Notes: a model not told the origin generated them from the letters alone. A stretch of DNA of 36,539 bases from Basidiobolus meristosporus CBS 931.73 (GCA_002104905.1 MCFE01000783.1:1-36539), one strand, 5' to 3'. Positions 1-11,346 are shown, counted from the stretch's first letter. Numbers and translations: made by a program.

Positions 1-270
1 GCGAACATCGACCCTGTTGAAAATGACGGAGGCTTTGCTCTTTACTGGCCCACCGAGGCTATCTATTGCTTTTACAGCGAGTCCAACTGTGTTGGAGAGC
101 GAGTGTGCATGATCCCACATGGCCCTGGCTCTGAGTACAACACAATCATCCCTGCTACCGAGAACATGATCAAGAATGGACTTCGCAGCAGTGTGGTGCT
201 GCCCATGATGCCAAAGGATGGCTACAAAGCTCCGTTTACCATGAATCCTTATGAGAATTATGACTATTAG
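1..270 (+). CDS. 3' part of the 222-aa secreted protein (array copy 0, cut by the window edge)
   Basis: Frame 1 reads ANIDPVENDGG...MNPYENYDY* and matches residues 134-222 of the copies at 2861, 6151 and 8310. Confidence 0.9.
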   Translation, partial: ANIDPVENDGGFALYWPTEAIYCFYSESNCVGERVCMIPHGPGSEYNTIIPATENMIKNGLRSSVVLPMMPKDGYKAPFTMNPYENYDY

Positions 271-672
271 AGATGGCACGTCAGCTATTTGGCTTTGGTC
301 CGGGATGATTATATAGAGTAAAGACGACTACGCATAGTATTCAAGTACATATTAATAAACTATACAATCAAATATGACTTCTTAAATGAACAAGAATATC
401 AAGGTTATTGATGTATGTATTAACGACTGCAAAACCCGATGCCAGGAATATGAGGCATTTACGAGGCAACAATCACTAAGGCTTCAAGTGGAGATTGGTA
501 TCAAGGGTTTAAGCAGTAGTCCACCATGTGGATATCTTGGATAGTCTGCGAGAGCCAGGCAGGATAACGAAAAGCATTATAAATCATAGTACACCAGCGC
601 ACGTTGGCATGAGACCAAGGTCATCATAATGGTAGTTACTTTACCGAGTTACAAAAACTCGGATGTTGCATT

Positions 673-1143
673 TTAGTTGCACAGATCTCCGCTTTCGTTG
701 ACACCGCCATTGACATTACCTCCATTTCGGCGCCCGGTACCTCGATCACCGGTACCACTGCCTCCGGTCACGTTTCCAGCATTTTCATTATTGCCAACAT
801 TGCTGGCCCCTCTGCTTCCAGTACCACCGTATACCACTACTAATACTTCCATCCCCATTATCACCACTTTATCACCATTCTCATTGCCAGCACCCCTACT
901 TCCAGAATTATAGCCACTAGTACCTTTGCCTCGGTATCCCTTTTTACCGTCATTTCTGTTGCCGGCCCCACTATAAGCAGCGGCGCCGTTTCCTCCATTT
1001 TCGTTGGCATTAAAAATTTTGGCTGTGTCATGTGCACCATTGCTCCTCTTCGGCTGTAATATTCTACTCAATGCCCCATCGTTGATGGTAGCTAGACCAG
1101 AGAGAATGCATTCATAATTCGAATTTCTCTGCAACTTCTTCAA
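673..1143 (-). pseudogene. Decayed C-terminal part of a Gly/Asn/Ser-rich protein gene (spacer A)
   Basis: Reads NGGNGAAAYSGAGNRNDGKKGYRGKG...GGVNESGDLCN*. There is no ATG. The internal stretch VVIMGMEVLVVVY is an off-frame reading of GDNGDGSISSG, i.e. a compensated frameshift. Confidence 0.65.
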
Positions 1144-2805
1144 TTTCCGAGATTATATGTAGTTACACTATTTACACAATATCACGAGGCAAATACCCTG
1201 GATTACTCCTTATGTCCTACTACTCCAGCCTTGCCCCTTTCTCGTTGCTTAAGCAGGCCAATGTATTGCTGTACATGACTACTATGATGAAGCCGCACAT
1301 TACCATACGTTTGAGGATATTGATTGTGAATATGTAAAGCAGGTTTTGTAAAATGATTTGCTTTTAAGCAGCTTGTGTACATAGTGTGCGGGTTTTGCCA
1401 CCTCAGTTTCAGCTAAAAAAATAGATTATACCAAACTGGAGGAATTCACCTTCTATTGCCAATACTCTATGGCCCCATATCTCCCCGAAACACGCTACTA
1501 ACTTAATTTTCTACCATACCCTATCACGATGATTCACCCTAGGGCGAGGCTTTACTAATCTTGCCCAGGACTCCCACGATGCTTACATAAGTTGTATCGG
1601 TGTCTGTGGAGAGGGTACATTAATGTCTACACTCCATGTTGGCTTCACGTTGACTCCTAGTTTACCAACGCACTTCATTTCATGAATGAAGTTTTACTTA
1701 GTATACTCATGACTCTGATACCTTTTAGCTCGGTATTAACTACAATTGAATTTAGTGGCCTTTCACATAGGCATCTGAGTTTGATTCATTCCTTTGTAGA
1801 ATGAGTTGGCTCAACAAGGCATTATTACTTGATGTAATTGCAATAAAGATCTTACATGTTGGTGATTGTCTTCCCCCCGCGTTTGTTCCACTGGCCGATT
1901 CGACTGTTACGTGGTATCCACACACCTCAATGATACTACAGAAAAGTAAAGATCTTGCGATCTACCAATTTCGCTAATCTGGCTTGCCTGAACAAGTTCA
2001 TGCAAATCGAACCAGCTGTTAAGAATTAGTAATAAAGAATACTCCTGATAACCACATTCTCTAACCGCATTTATCCCTTATCGGCGTTTTTTGTCAGAAG
2101 TGGAAGTACACTCATGGTTTACTGGCAATGAAAACAGAAGCCAAACTCAATTAGGCCACTGCCCAGGCCTAGGACACTTTCTTTTTAGATCATGATGTAT
2201 AAAAACAAATCACCCATTATGGAGTGATAGACCATATCAGGTAAGCTCTCAGTGACGGAGGCACTCATATTCCTTGCTGACTGCGTCCAAGGCTAATGCG
2301 CAACGATGGTGCTGCAATATCTACATTGTGTAATCTTATCAATTACCAAACGATTCTACACTGGCCGCATTAAGGCTCATAATTAGGTCCATCACAACAA
2401 ACTTGTCTAGGTCCAAACCATCCACTAAATTTGCATCTGGCACACCGGGTTGATCTAATAGATACATGACCTGAATTTGATATCGAATTCTCCTAATCTC
2501 TCCTTTTGGTAAATCTCCCTGTTGTGACATGTACTTCGGTGCTGAACACCGCTTCACCAAGTTAGTCGGAGGGAGGCAACTAAAATTTGTACTGACCACT
2601 TGTATTACTAAATTGAGTAACGTGTTGGAATATTCTACTTCCACGAATAACTCCGTATGGCCCTTGGTGTAGTTAGGATTCTGTTGCCACCCAGTGTTAG
2701 GTAGAATGTGAAGGAAAGATGATAGCAAGCAAAAAGCAAAAGGCTGGAAATTCTACTGCGATAAGGTATTAGTCAGACAATGGATGGGTGCAAGTGCATC
2801 ATCGG

Positions 2806-2812
2806 TATAAAA
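2806..2812 (+). promoter_or_regulatory. TATA box of array copy 1
   Basis: TATAAAA 55 nt upstream of the ATG at 2861, at the same offset in copies 2 and 3. Confidence 0.6.
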
Positions 2813-2860
2813 TGGATGATTTGCGCGTAGTTGTGGATCATCCCAACCCACAAGATTAAT

Positions 2861-3529
2861 ATGCAACTTCGCCTGACTGACCTAGCTGTTTGGACCGTGC
2901 TTGCTACTTCTGCCTTGGCTAAGCCCATCGGGATTGCCCTTGACCTCACAGGGAAGATCCCTGCCCTGACTTCCACACCGATTGTGCAAGAGTATCCTGT
3001 CGATGTTCCTTGCAACAACTCCACAGAGGCACAGAATCTGTACGGCGGCTATCCTGTTTGTAATCCCGCATGGTTCTCTGGGGTGGTGGCTACAGAGCTG
3101 GATGCCAAGTTTCTGATCTGGACAAGCCCTTCCAACCAAAAGGCCATTGAGGATAACGATGTCAACGAAACTGTTGCCGCAACCGCGACAATCTCTTTAG
3201 CCAATAGTGCTAACGGCCTGGATGGCTTCCCCATCACATATCCAGAGTTTAGGCAGTGTGCGAACATCGACCCTGTTGAAAATGACGGAGGCTTTGCTCT
3301 TTACTGGCCCACCGAGGCTATCTATTGCTTTTACAGCGAGTCCAACTGTGTTGGAGAGCGAGTGTGCATGATCCCACATGGCCCTGGCTCTGAGTACAAC
3401 ACAATCATCCCTGCTACCGAGAACATGATCAAGAATGGACTTCGCAGCAGTGTGGTGCTGCCCATGATGCCAAAGGATGGCTACAAAGCTCCGTTTACCA
3501 TGAATCCTTATGAGAACTATGACTATTAG
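2861..3529 (+). CDS. Secreted 222-aa, 6-Cys protein of unknown function (array copy 1)
   Basis: ATG at 2861 (the ORF track uses an upstream TTG). Signal-peptide-like MQLRLTDLAVWTVLATSALA. Cys at 51, 67, 133, 156, 163 and 169. N-glycosylation sequons NST and NET. Intronless. Confidence 0.9.
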   Translation: MQLRLTDLAVWTVLATSALAKPIGIALDLTGKIPALTSTPIVQEYPVDVPCNNSTEAQNLYGGYPVCNPAWFSGVVATELDAKFLIWTSPSNQKAIEDNDVNETVAATATISLANSANGLDGFPITYPEFRQCANIDPVENDGGFALYWPTEAIYCFYSESNCVGERVCMIPHGPGSEYNTIIPATENMIKNGLRSSVVLPMMPKDGYKAPFTMNPYENYDY

Positions 3530-3933
3530 AGATGGCACGTCGGCTATTTGGCTTTGGTCCAAATTGATTATATAGAGTAAAGACGACTACGCATAGTATT
3601 CAAGTACATATTAATAAACTACGCAAACAAATATGACTTCATAAATGAACAAGAATATCAAGGTTATTGATGTATGTATTAACGACTGCAAAACGCGATC
3701 ACAGGAATTGCAGGCATTTACGAGGTAACAATCACTATGGCCTCAAGTGGAGATTGGTTCTAAGGGCTGTAAGCAGCAGTCCACCATGTGGATATCTTGA
3801 ATACTCTGGGAGAACCAAGTAGGGTCATGAGAAGCAGATTAAGCCATAGTACACCAGCGCACGTTGGTCTAAGACTAAGAGGTATTATCATATTAGTTAC
3901 TTTACCGAGTTCCAAATTATCTTATGTAACATT

Positions 3934-4340
3934 TTAGTTGTACTGGTTTCCGCTTTCGTTATCACCACCGTTGTCATTACCTCCATTTCCGCTCCCAGCA
4001 CCTTCATCACTGGCACTAATACCTACCAAATTACAACCTCCAGCCACGTCTCCTGTATTTCCATTCTTACTACCATCGTTAGCCACTCCGTTCCTAGCAC
4101 CACCACTGCCGCCTGTATCGTTGTCAGTATCGGTAGCACCAGTACTATTCGGATTATTACCTCTACCACTACTGTAACCGCTATAGCTATTGCCAGCACC
4201 GCCACATACAGAATTAAAGTCACTACTACCTTTGCCTCAATTTCAGCTATCATCGCCATTACCGCCATTTCCCCTATTATCGTTGGCGCTTAAAATATCG
4301 ATTGTGTCGTATGCGCCATTACCTCTTATCTGTAATCATC
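3934..4340 (-). pseudogene. Decayed Gly/Asn-rich gene (spacer B)
   Basis: Manual translation NGGNGDDS*N*GKGSS...GGDNESGNQYN*. In-frame TGA at 4243-4245 and 4237-4239. Terminal stop homologous to the one at 673-675. Confidence 0.65.
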
Positions 4341-6095
4341 TACTCTACGCCCCATCGCTGATGGCTACTATGATAAAGCCGCACATAACTATATGTTTGA
4401 GGATATCATGTGCACATAGGTGAAACAGGCTCAGTTAAATGAATTGCTTCTTACGCAGCTTGTGTGTACAGTGTTGGGGTTTTGCCTTCCCCTGTCTCAA
4501 CTAAAAAGAGTTTATACCAAACTGGAATGTTTTACCATGTATTGTCTCTGCTTTATGATCCTAGATCTCCATAAAACACCTTACGAACATGCAGCTCTTG
4601 GCACATTTATTTTTCCCTTATATCCTATCATGATGCTTTACCCTAGGGCGAGGCTTTACTTCAGGCTTCACAGCGGTACGAATATGCACCTCAAAGCTTG
4701 GGTAATATGACATCTCACCCATTCCTACTCATGTTTCAGACTACTTCTAGGAGACACTCAGATGAAAGGGCTTACTAAGCTTGCTCAGGACTTCAAGGAT
4801 GCTTGCCTAAGCTACATCAGTTTCTGTAGTGAGGGTACATCGATATCTACACTCCATTTGGATATCATGTTCACCAACTCACTTCATTATATTGACAAAG
4901 TTTTACTTAGTATATTCATGGCCGCGATACCAATCAGCTCGGTTTCAAGTACAAGTGAACCTGGCGACTACGCACATAACCATCTGAGATTGATTCGGTC
5001 ATTTATACATTGAGTTAGATCAAAAAGACGTTTTTACCTCATGCAGTTGTAGTAAATATCTCACATGTTTGTGATTTTCTTTCCTTCGTGTTTGTTCTAC
5101 TGGCTTACTTGTCTTTTACGCAGCATCCGCACAGTTCAATGATGATTCAGATTGGAAATATCTAAAATAAGTAATGATCTTGGCATCTTCAGATTTCTTT
5201 AGCCCCATTTGCTCTTACAAGCTCATGCAAATCGATCCAGCTACTATATATCAGCAACAAAGAATGCCCATGATAACTACTTTTTGTAACCGCATTTATC
5301 CCTTATCAGCGAATTACGTCAGAAGTGGAAGCACATGAACGGATTACAGGGAATCAAAATAGAACCCAAACTAAAATAGATCACTTGTTTGGCGCAGGTT
5401 CCATTGATTCTAGGTTATGATGTATAAAAAAAGGATCACCAAAAATAGAGTGATGGGCCATACAAGGTCAGCTCTCAGTCTCGGAGGCCATCCATACTCC
5501 TTACTGAGCCTATCTATTACGTGAAGCAAGGAAGGCAGCGTCCAAGTCTAATGCGCAACTCAGATGGTACACCAATGCCTACAATGTCCGATCCCTTCAC
5601 CTACCAAACGAATCTTCACTGGCTATATTATCGCTCATCCCGAGACCCATAACAACAGACTTTGCAAAATCCAGACTTTCCACCTAATTTGCATCTTGTA
5701 CACCGGGTTAGTTCTGTAGGAGCAAGTTGATATATGAAATGTATGCAAGGATATACCCCATTTGGTCTTGCATTTGACATCGGTTTCCATTTATCTCCTC
5801 ATTTAGTAAATCAATCAAATGTGACCTGTGCTTCAGTGTTTGAGCACTACTCCACCAAGTTGCTGGGCAGGAGGCAGCTAGAATACTGTATCACTAAATT
5901 GAGTAACGTAAGAGAATATTCTACTTTCATAAATAACTCCATATGGCCCTTGGTTTAGTTAGGATTCTGTTGCCACCCAGTGTCTGGTAGAATGCGGTGG
6001 AAAAATGTTAGCAAGTGAGAAGCAGAAGAAGGTTGGAATTTTCCACTGTGATAAGGCACCAGTCAGTCAATGGATGAGAGCAAGTGCATAATCGG

Positions 6096-6102
6096 TATAA
6101 AA
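6096..6102 (+). promoter_or_regulatory. TATA box of array copy 2
   Basis: TATAAAA at the same offset from the ATG (6151) as in copy 1. Confidence 0.6.
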
Positions 6103-6150
6103 TGGATGATCTGCGCGTAGTTGTGGATCATCCCAACCCACAAGATTAAT

Positions 6151-6819
6151 ATGCAACTTCGCCTGACTGACCTAGCTGTTTGGACCGTGCTTGCTACTTC
6201 TGCCTTGGCTAAGCCCATCGGGATTGCCCTTGACCTCACAGGGAAGATCCCTGCCCTGACTTCCACACCGATTGTGCAAGAGTATCCTGTCGATGTTCCT
6301 TGCAACAACTCCACAGAGGCACAGAATCTGTACGGCGGCTATCCTGTTTGTAATCCCGCATGGTTCTCTGGGGTGGTGGCTGCAGAGCTGGATGCCAAGT
6401 TTCTGATCTGGACAAGCCCTTCCAACCAAAAGGCCATTGAGGATAACGATGTCAACGAAACTGTTGCCGCAACCGCGACAATCTCTTTAGCCAATAGTGC
6501 TAACGGCCTGGATGGCTTCCCCATCACATATCCAGAGTTTAGGCAGTGTGCGAACATCGACCCTGTTGAAAATGACGGAGGCTTTGCTCTTTACTGGCCC
6601 ACCGAGGCTATCTATTGCTTTTACAGCGAGTCCAACTGTGTTGGAGAGCGAGTGTGCATGATCCCACATGGCCCTGGCTCTGAGTACAACACAATCATCC
6701 CTGCTACCGAGAACATGATCAAGAATGGACTTCGCAGCAGTGTGGTGCTGCCCATGATGCCAAAGGATGGCTACAAAGCTCCGTTTACCATGAATCCTTA
6801 TGAGAATTATGACTATTAG
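6151..6819 (+). CDS. Secreted 222-aa protein (array copy 2)
   Basis: Same as copy 1 except T78A and one synonymous change seen by eye. Confidence 0.9.
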   Translation: MQLRLTDLAVWTVLATSALAKPIGIALDLTGKIPALTSTPIVQEYPVDVPCNNSTEAQNLYGGYPVCNPAWFSGVVAAELDAKFLIWTSPSNQKAIEDNDVNETVAATATISLANSANGLDGFPITYPEFRQCANIDPVENDGGFALYWPTEAIYCFYSESNCVGERVCMIPHGPGSEYNTIIPATENMIKNGLRSSVVLPMMPKDGYKAPFTMNPYENYDY

Positions 6820-8254
6820 AGATGGCACGACGGCTATTTGGCTTTGGTCCGGGATGATCATATAGAGTAAAGACGACTACGCATAGTATCCAAGTACATA
6901 TTAATAAACTACGCAAACAAATATGACTTCATAAACAAGAATATCATGGTTATTAATGTATGTATCTTTGACCGCAAAACTCGATGCCAGGAATATGAGG
7001 CATTTACGAGGTAACGGTCGCTATGGCCTCAAGTGGTGATTGGTTCTAAGGGTTGTAAGCAGCAGTCCACCATTTGGATATCTTGGATGGTCGGTGAGAG
7101 CCAAGTCGGATAACGAAAAGCATTATAAATCATAGTACACCAGCGCACGTAGACATGAGACTCAGGTCAGCATAATGGTAGTTTTATTATCCCTTTACAC
7201 ATTAAAATGAAATAAGTACGGCATCTTTACTTTATACAGTTGAAATAGCAATCTTCATATGGATGATCGCCTTCCCCCTGTTTGTTCCACCGACTTACTC
7301 AGCTGTGACGCAGCATCCACACACCTCAATGACAATATAGATTAGAGGCCAGCCTTAAGGGCTAAAATAAGTAGCGATCTTGGTATCTACAGATTTCCTT
7401 AGCCCCATTTGCTCATGCAAATCCATCCAGCTACTTTAGATTAGCAATAAAGAATGCCCATGATAACTACTTTCTCTAACCACATTTATCCCTTATCAGC
7501 GAATTACGTCATAAACGGATTACCGGCAATCAAAATGGAACCCAAACTAAAATATATTACTGGTTTGGCACAGGTTCCATTGATTCTAGGTTATGATGTA
7601 TAAAAAAAGATCACCCAGTATGGAGGGATAGGCCATTCAAGGTCAGCTCTCAGTCTTGGAGGCCGCTCAAACTCTTTAATGAGGCTCTCCATTACATGAA
7701 GGAAGTAAGGCAGCGTCCAAGGCTAATGCACAACTCAGATGGTATATCAATGCCCACAATGTCCGATCCCCTCACGTACCAAACGAATCTACACTGGCCA
7801 TATTATCGCTCACCATTAGACCCATAGCAACAAACTTTGCAAGATCCAGGCCATCCACTTTATTTGTATCTTGCACGCCGGGTTAGTGTTGTAGGGGCAA
7901 GTTGACATATGATATATACAAGGATATACCGCATTTGGTCTTGCATTTGATAATGGTTTCTATTTATCTCCTTATTCGGTAAATCAACCTAATATGATCT
8001 GTGCTTCAGTGTTGAGCACAACTCCCCCAAGTTGGTGGGTAGGAGGCAGCTAGATTGCTGTAGAGTACCTGATAGAATTTTCTACTTTCGTCAATAACTC
8101 CGTATGGTCGTAGGTTTCGTTAGGATTCTGTTGCCACCCAGTGTCTGGTAGAATACGGTGGAAAGATAGTAGCAAGTAAGAAACAAAAAGGTTGGAATTT
8201 TCCACTGCGATAAGGTATCAGTCAGACAATGGATGGGTGCAAGTGCATCATCGG

Positions 8255-8261
8255 TATAAAA
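8255..8261 (+). promoter_or_regulatory. TATA box of array copy 3
   Basis: TATAAAA at the same offset from the ATG (8310). Confidence 0.6.
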
Positions 8262-8309
8262 TGGATGATTTGCGCGTAGTTGTGGATCATCCCAACCCAC
8301 AAGATTAAT

Positions 8310-8978
8310 ATGCAACTTCGCCTGACTGACCTAGCTGTTTGGACCGTGCTTGCTACTTCTGCCTTGGCTAAGCCCATCGGGATTACCCTTGACCTCACAG
8401 GGAAGATTCCTGCCCTGACTTCCACACCGATTGTGCAAGAGTATCCTGTCGATGTTCCTTGCAACAACTCCACAGAGGCACAGAATCTGTACGGCGGCTA
8501 TCCTGTTTGTAATCCCGCATGGTTCTCTGGGGTGGTGGCTACAGAGCTGGATGCCAAGTTTCTGATCTGGACAAGCCCCTCCAACCAAAAGGCCATTGAG
8601 GATAACGATGTCAACGAAACTGTTGCCGCAACCGCGACAATCTCTTTAGCCAATAGTGCTAACGGCCTGGATGGCTTCCCCATCACATATCCAGAGTTTA
8701 GGCAGTGTGCGAACATCGACCCTGTTGAAAATGACGGAGGCTTTGCTCTTTACTGGCCCACCGAGGCTATCTATTGCTTTTACAGCGAGTCCAACTGTGT
8801 TGGAGAGCGAGTGTGCATGATCCCACATGGCCCTGGCTCTGAGTACAACACAATCATCCCTGCTACCGAGAACATGATCAAGAACGGACTTCGCAGCAGT
8901 GTGGTGCTGCCCATGATGCCAAAGGATGGCTACAAAGCTCCGTTTACCATGAATCCTTATGAGAATTATGACTATTAG
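8310..8978 (+). CDS. Secreted 222-aa protein (array copy 3)
   Basis: Same as copy 1 except A26T and about 4 synonymous changes seen by eye. Confidence 0.9.
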   Translation: MQLRLTDLAVWTVLATSALAKPIGITLDLTGKIPALTSTPIVQEYPVDVPCNNSTEAQNLYGGYPVCNPAWFSGVVATELDAKFLIWTSPSNQKAIEDNDVNETVAATATISLANSANGLDGFPITYPEFRQCANIDPVENDGGFALYWPTEAIYCFYSESNCVGERVCMIPHGPGSEYNTIIPATENMIKNGLRSSVVLPMMPKDGYKAPFTMNPYENYDY

Positions 8979-9381
8979 AGATGGCACGTCGGCTATTTGG
9001 CTTTGGTCCGGGATGATTATATAGAGTAAAGACGACTACGTATAGTATTCAAGTACATATAAATAAACTATGCAAACAAATATGACCTTACTAATGAACA
9101 AGAATATCATGGTTATTAATGTATGTATCTTTGACCGCAAAACTCGATGCCAGGAATATGAGGCATTTACGAGGTAACGGTCGCTATGGCTTCAAGCGGA
9201 GATTCGTACCAAGGGTGTAAGCAGCAGTCCACCATGTGGATATCTTGGATAGTCTGAGTGGACCAAGTAGGGTCATAAGAAACAGTATAAATCATATTAC
9301 ACCAGCGCACATTGGTCTAAGACTAAGGGCTGTTATAGTAGTAGTTACTTAACCGAGTCGCAAATAATCGTATGCTACATT

Positions 9382-9700
9382 TTAGTTGCATTTGTCCCCG
9401 CTTTCGTTGACTTAGCCAATGTCATTACCTCTATTTACGCTCCCAGTACCTCCATTACCGGCACTATTACTTCCAGAATCATAGCCTCTAGCCACGTTTA
9501 CTGTATTTTCATTCTTACTACCTTTGTTAACCCCTTCGTCCCCAGTACCACCACTGTCGCCGCTACCGTTGTCAGCATCATAAGCACCAGTACTGTTTGC
9601 ATTATTACCATTATCATTCCCACCATTACTACTGATACCGCTATTTCTATTGCCAGCACCGCTACATCAAGAATTATAACTATCGAAACCTTTTCCCCGT
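9382..9700 (-). pseudogene. Decayed Gly/Asn-rich gene fragment (after copy 3)
   Basis: Manual translation GAGNRNSGISSNGGNDNGNN...NDIG*VNESGDKCN*. Same C-terminus as spacer A. Similarity ends at about 9700. Confidence 0.6.
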
Positions 9701-10070
9701 TTCCGTTATAGTCGGCACTGTGTGCACCTCCGCTTTTTTAAGCGGGTTCTTTTGCATGAACAATGGCTTTGTATAATCGACCAATGTATGACCGAAACTA
9801 CAATTATGCGATAAAAGTTTGGCAATTTTACCAAGGAATTCGCCATCCAGTCACGCAGCTTTTATACTCGTGCTTGTTGCAGTGATCATTTCCTTGCGAA
9901 TCTCAGGTATCTTACACCAACAAGCTATGTGCTGAGCAGTTGGGTGCTTTTTATCAGGAAAATTGGCTTTAAATCAAGAAAATCATTCATCAACTGAAAA
10001 GGAAGGTGACTCAGTGATGAGTGAATGAAGTCCAACTCTTACAATCGTTTGATAACTTGCCTAGGTTGAA

Positions 10071-10419
10071 CATAATATAAATCTTGTATTACACCTCAAC
10101 ATTCACCTGACTTGGTCACTTGCGTCATTGTCTACAAATCTTAGAGAACTCTGGCCAAGTCCATTGTAGAGATTTACTCAGAATATTTTGACCAAAACAT
10201 CAGGTACCCAGAATATGAAATGTTGATAAGTTGTCTAAACAGCCCGAAATCTTGCTTACGTGTACTTGGGACCTTCCTAGTCGTATTCTACATGGTTTTT
10301 CTGCCAACACCATGTAAGAGTACAAATGTTATATTCTTATTCAATAAGCTGTAAGGTGAGAGCCACATAATCTACTTGCTTTTCAAATCACTCCTTATAT
10401 CTACAAAACTCTTACAACA
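10071..10419 (+). mobile_element. Degenerate solo copia LTR (349-bp family)
   Basis: Colinear with 16449-16797 (cacc..attcacc..ttggtcactt..gccacataatctacttg..ctcttacaaca). Confidence 0.8.
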
Positions 10420-10536
10420 GCTAATTTACCAAAGGTAACTCATTTCTCTACTGCTCCATGTGCCATTAATAGATTTTCTTGTAAAAGCTCACCACTTTAA
10501 TGTTCTACCCACTAATAGAATGGGTATTCCACATAT

Positions 10537-10851
10537 TGTTGTAAGTGTGTTGGAGACAATGAAAGTGACTGGGAGAACAAGAATATCATGTGGTTTTGCT
10601 TCTCAGTTTGTTGAAAGTAAAAGTAGTATTTGTACTTTTACATGGATGTAGCAGAAAATACATATATAATATGTCTAGGAAGGTCCCAAGTACATGTGTG
10701 CAAAGCTTAGGGCTGTTTGGACAAGTTATCAATATTTCATCTTCTGGGTAACTGATGCTTTGGTCAGAACATAGTAAGTAAACTTCAACAAAGAATATAA
10801 TTGGAAATCTCTAAGATTAGCAGACAATTATCCAAGCAACTAAGCTAGGTG
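10537..10851 (-). mobile_element. Partial copia LTR, reverse orientation
   Basis: Starts TGTTGTAAG (reverse complement of the LTR end) and contains gggctgtttggacaagtt and actaagctaggtg. Confidence 0.7.
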
Positions 10852-11164
10852 TTGTATCCAAGAGAAAGTGTAATAAAACTCTTGAATGGTTTAACTGAAC
10901 CAAAGGGACAATTAAGTGCAGAATCTTAGAATTGTCAGAGAGTGGCGGAAATATTAGCAGAAAGATTCTGATCTAATATTGGTCTTGGATATAGCTGGGT
11001 TGGCTATAAAGACAATGATATTTGTTTGCTAGGCAGGCTAGGCTTGGTGTTCTTTGGAGTGCTAGATATACTAGGCTTGGATAGAAACTAGAACGGAATT
11101 GTTGGATTCTTATTTTTGCTGAGACAGAATCTTAATTTCGTTGAGACACACACTAAACCAAAAG

Positions 11165-11346
11165 GTTCAGTAAACTTTATTTATACTTTTCTGATCAAGT
11201 TGAACTAGTAAGTGCCAAGGGACTGGATTGATTGAGATAAATTTGGGTGTTCATAGGTGCATAAGATAAATGAAAATTACATCATCAATCAACTGATGTC
11301 TTGGCAACTACACCGTGGTTGGCTAGATCTCAGATGACTAATCACC
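11165..11346 (-). repeat. Second repeat family, inverted partner of 16082-16265
   Basis: Its reverse complement shares attagtcatctga, gttgccaagacatcag, tcatttatcttatg, aatccagtc and ttggcacttacta with 16082-16265. Confidence 0.7.

Larger units (their letters stand above)
1..9700 (+). repeat. Tandem gene array, at least 4 units (periods 3259, 3290 and 2159 bp)
   Basis: CDS stops fall at 270, 3529, 6819 and 8978. Spacers are alignable but diverged. The last unit breaks off at about 9700. Confidence 0.95.

Noticed and set aside
2831-2860. N-terminal extensions from TTG/GTG starts in the ORF track (also 16754, 30914, 35362)
   Set aside because: The genes are eukaryotic. The downstream ATGs give clean signal peptides at sensible distances from TATA boxes.
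2773-3562. Overlapping minus-strand ORFs repeated in every array unit (2773, 2882, 3049, 3197 and equivalents)
   Set aside because: Antisense shadows of the 222-aa gene. They recur only because the DNA is near-identical.
1-8978. Array as a pure assembly artefact
   Set aside because: Each spacer is distinct and each CDS has private SNPs, so the units are real. Polishing could still inflate CDS identity.
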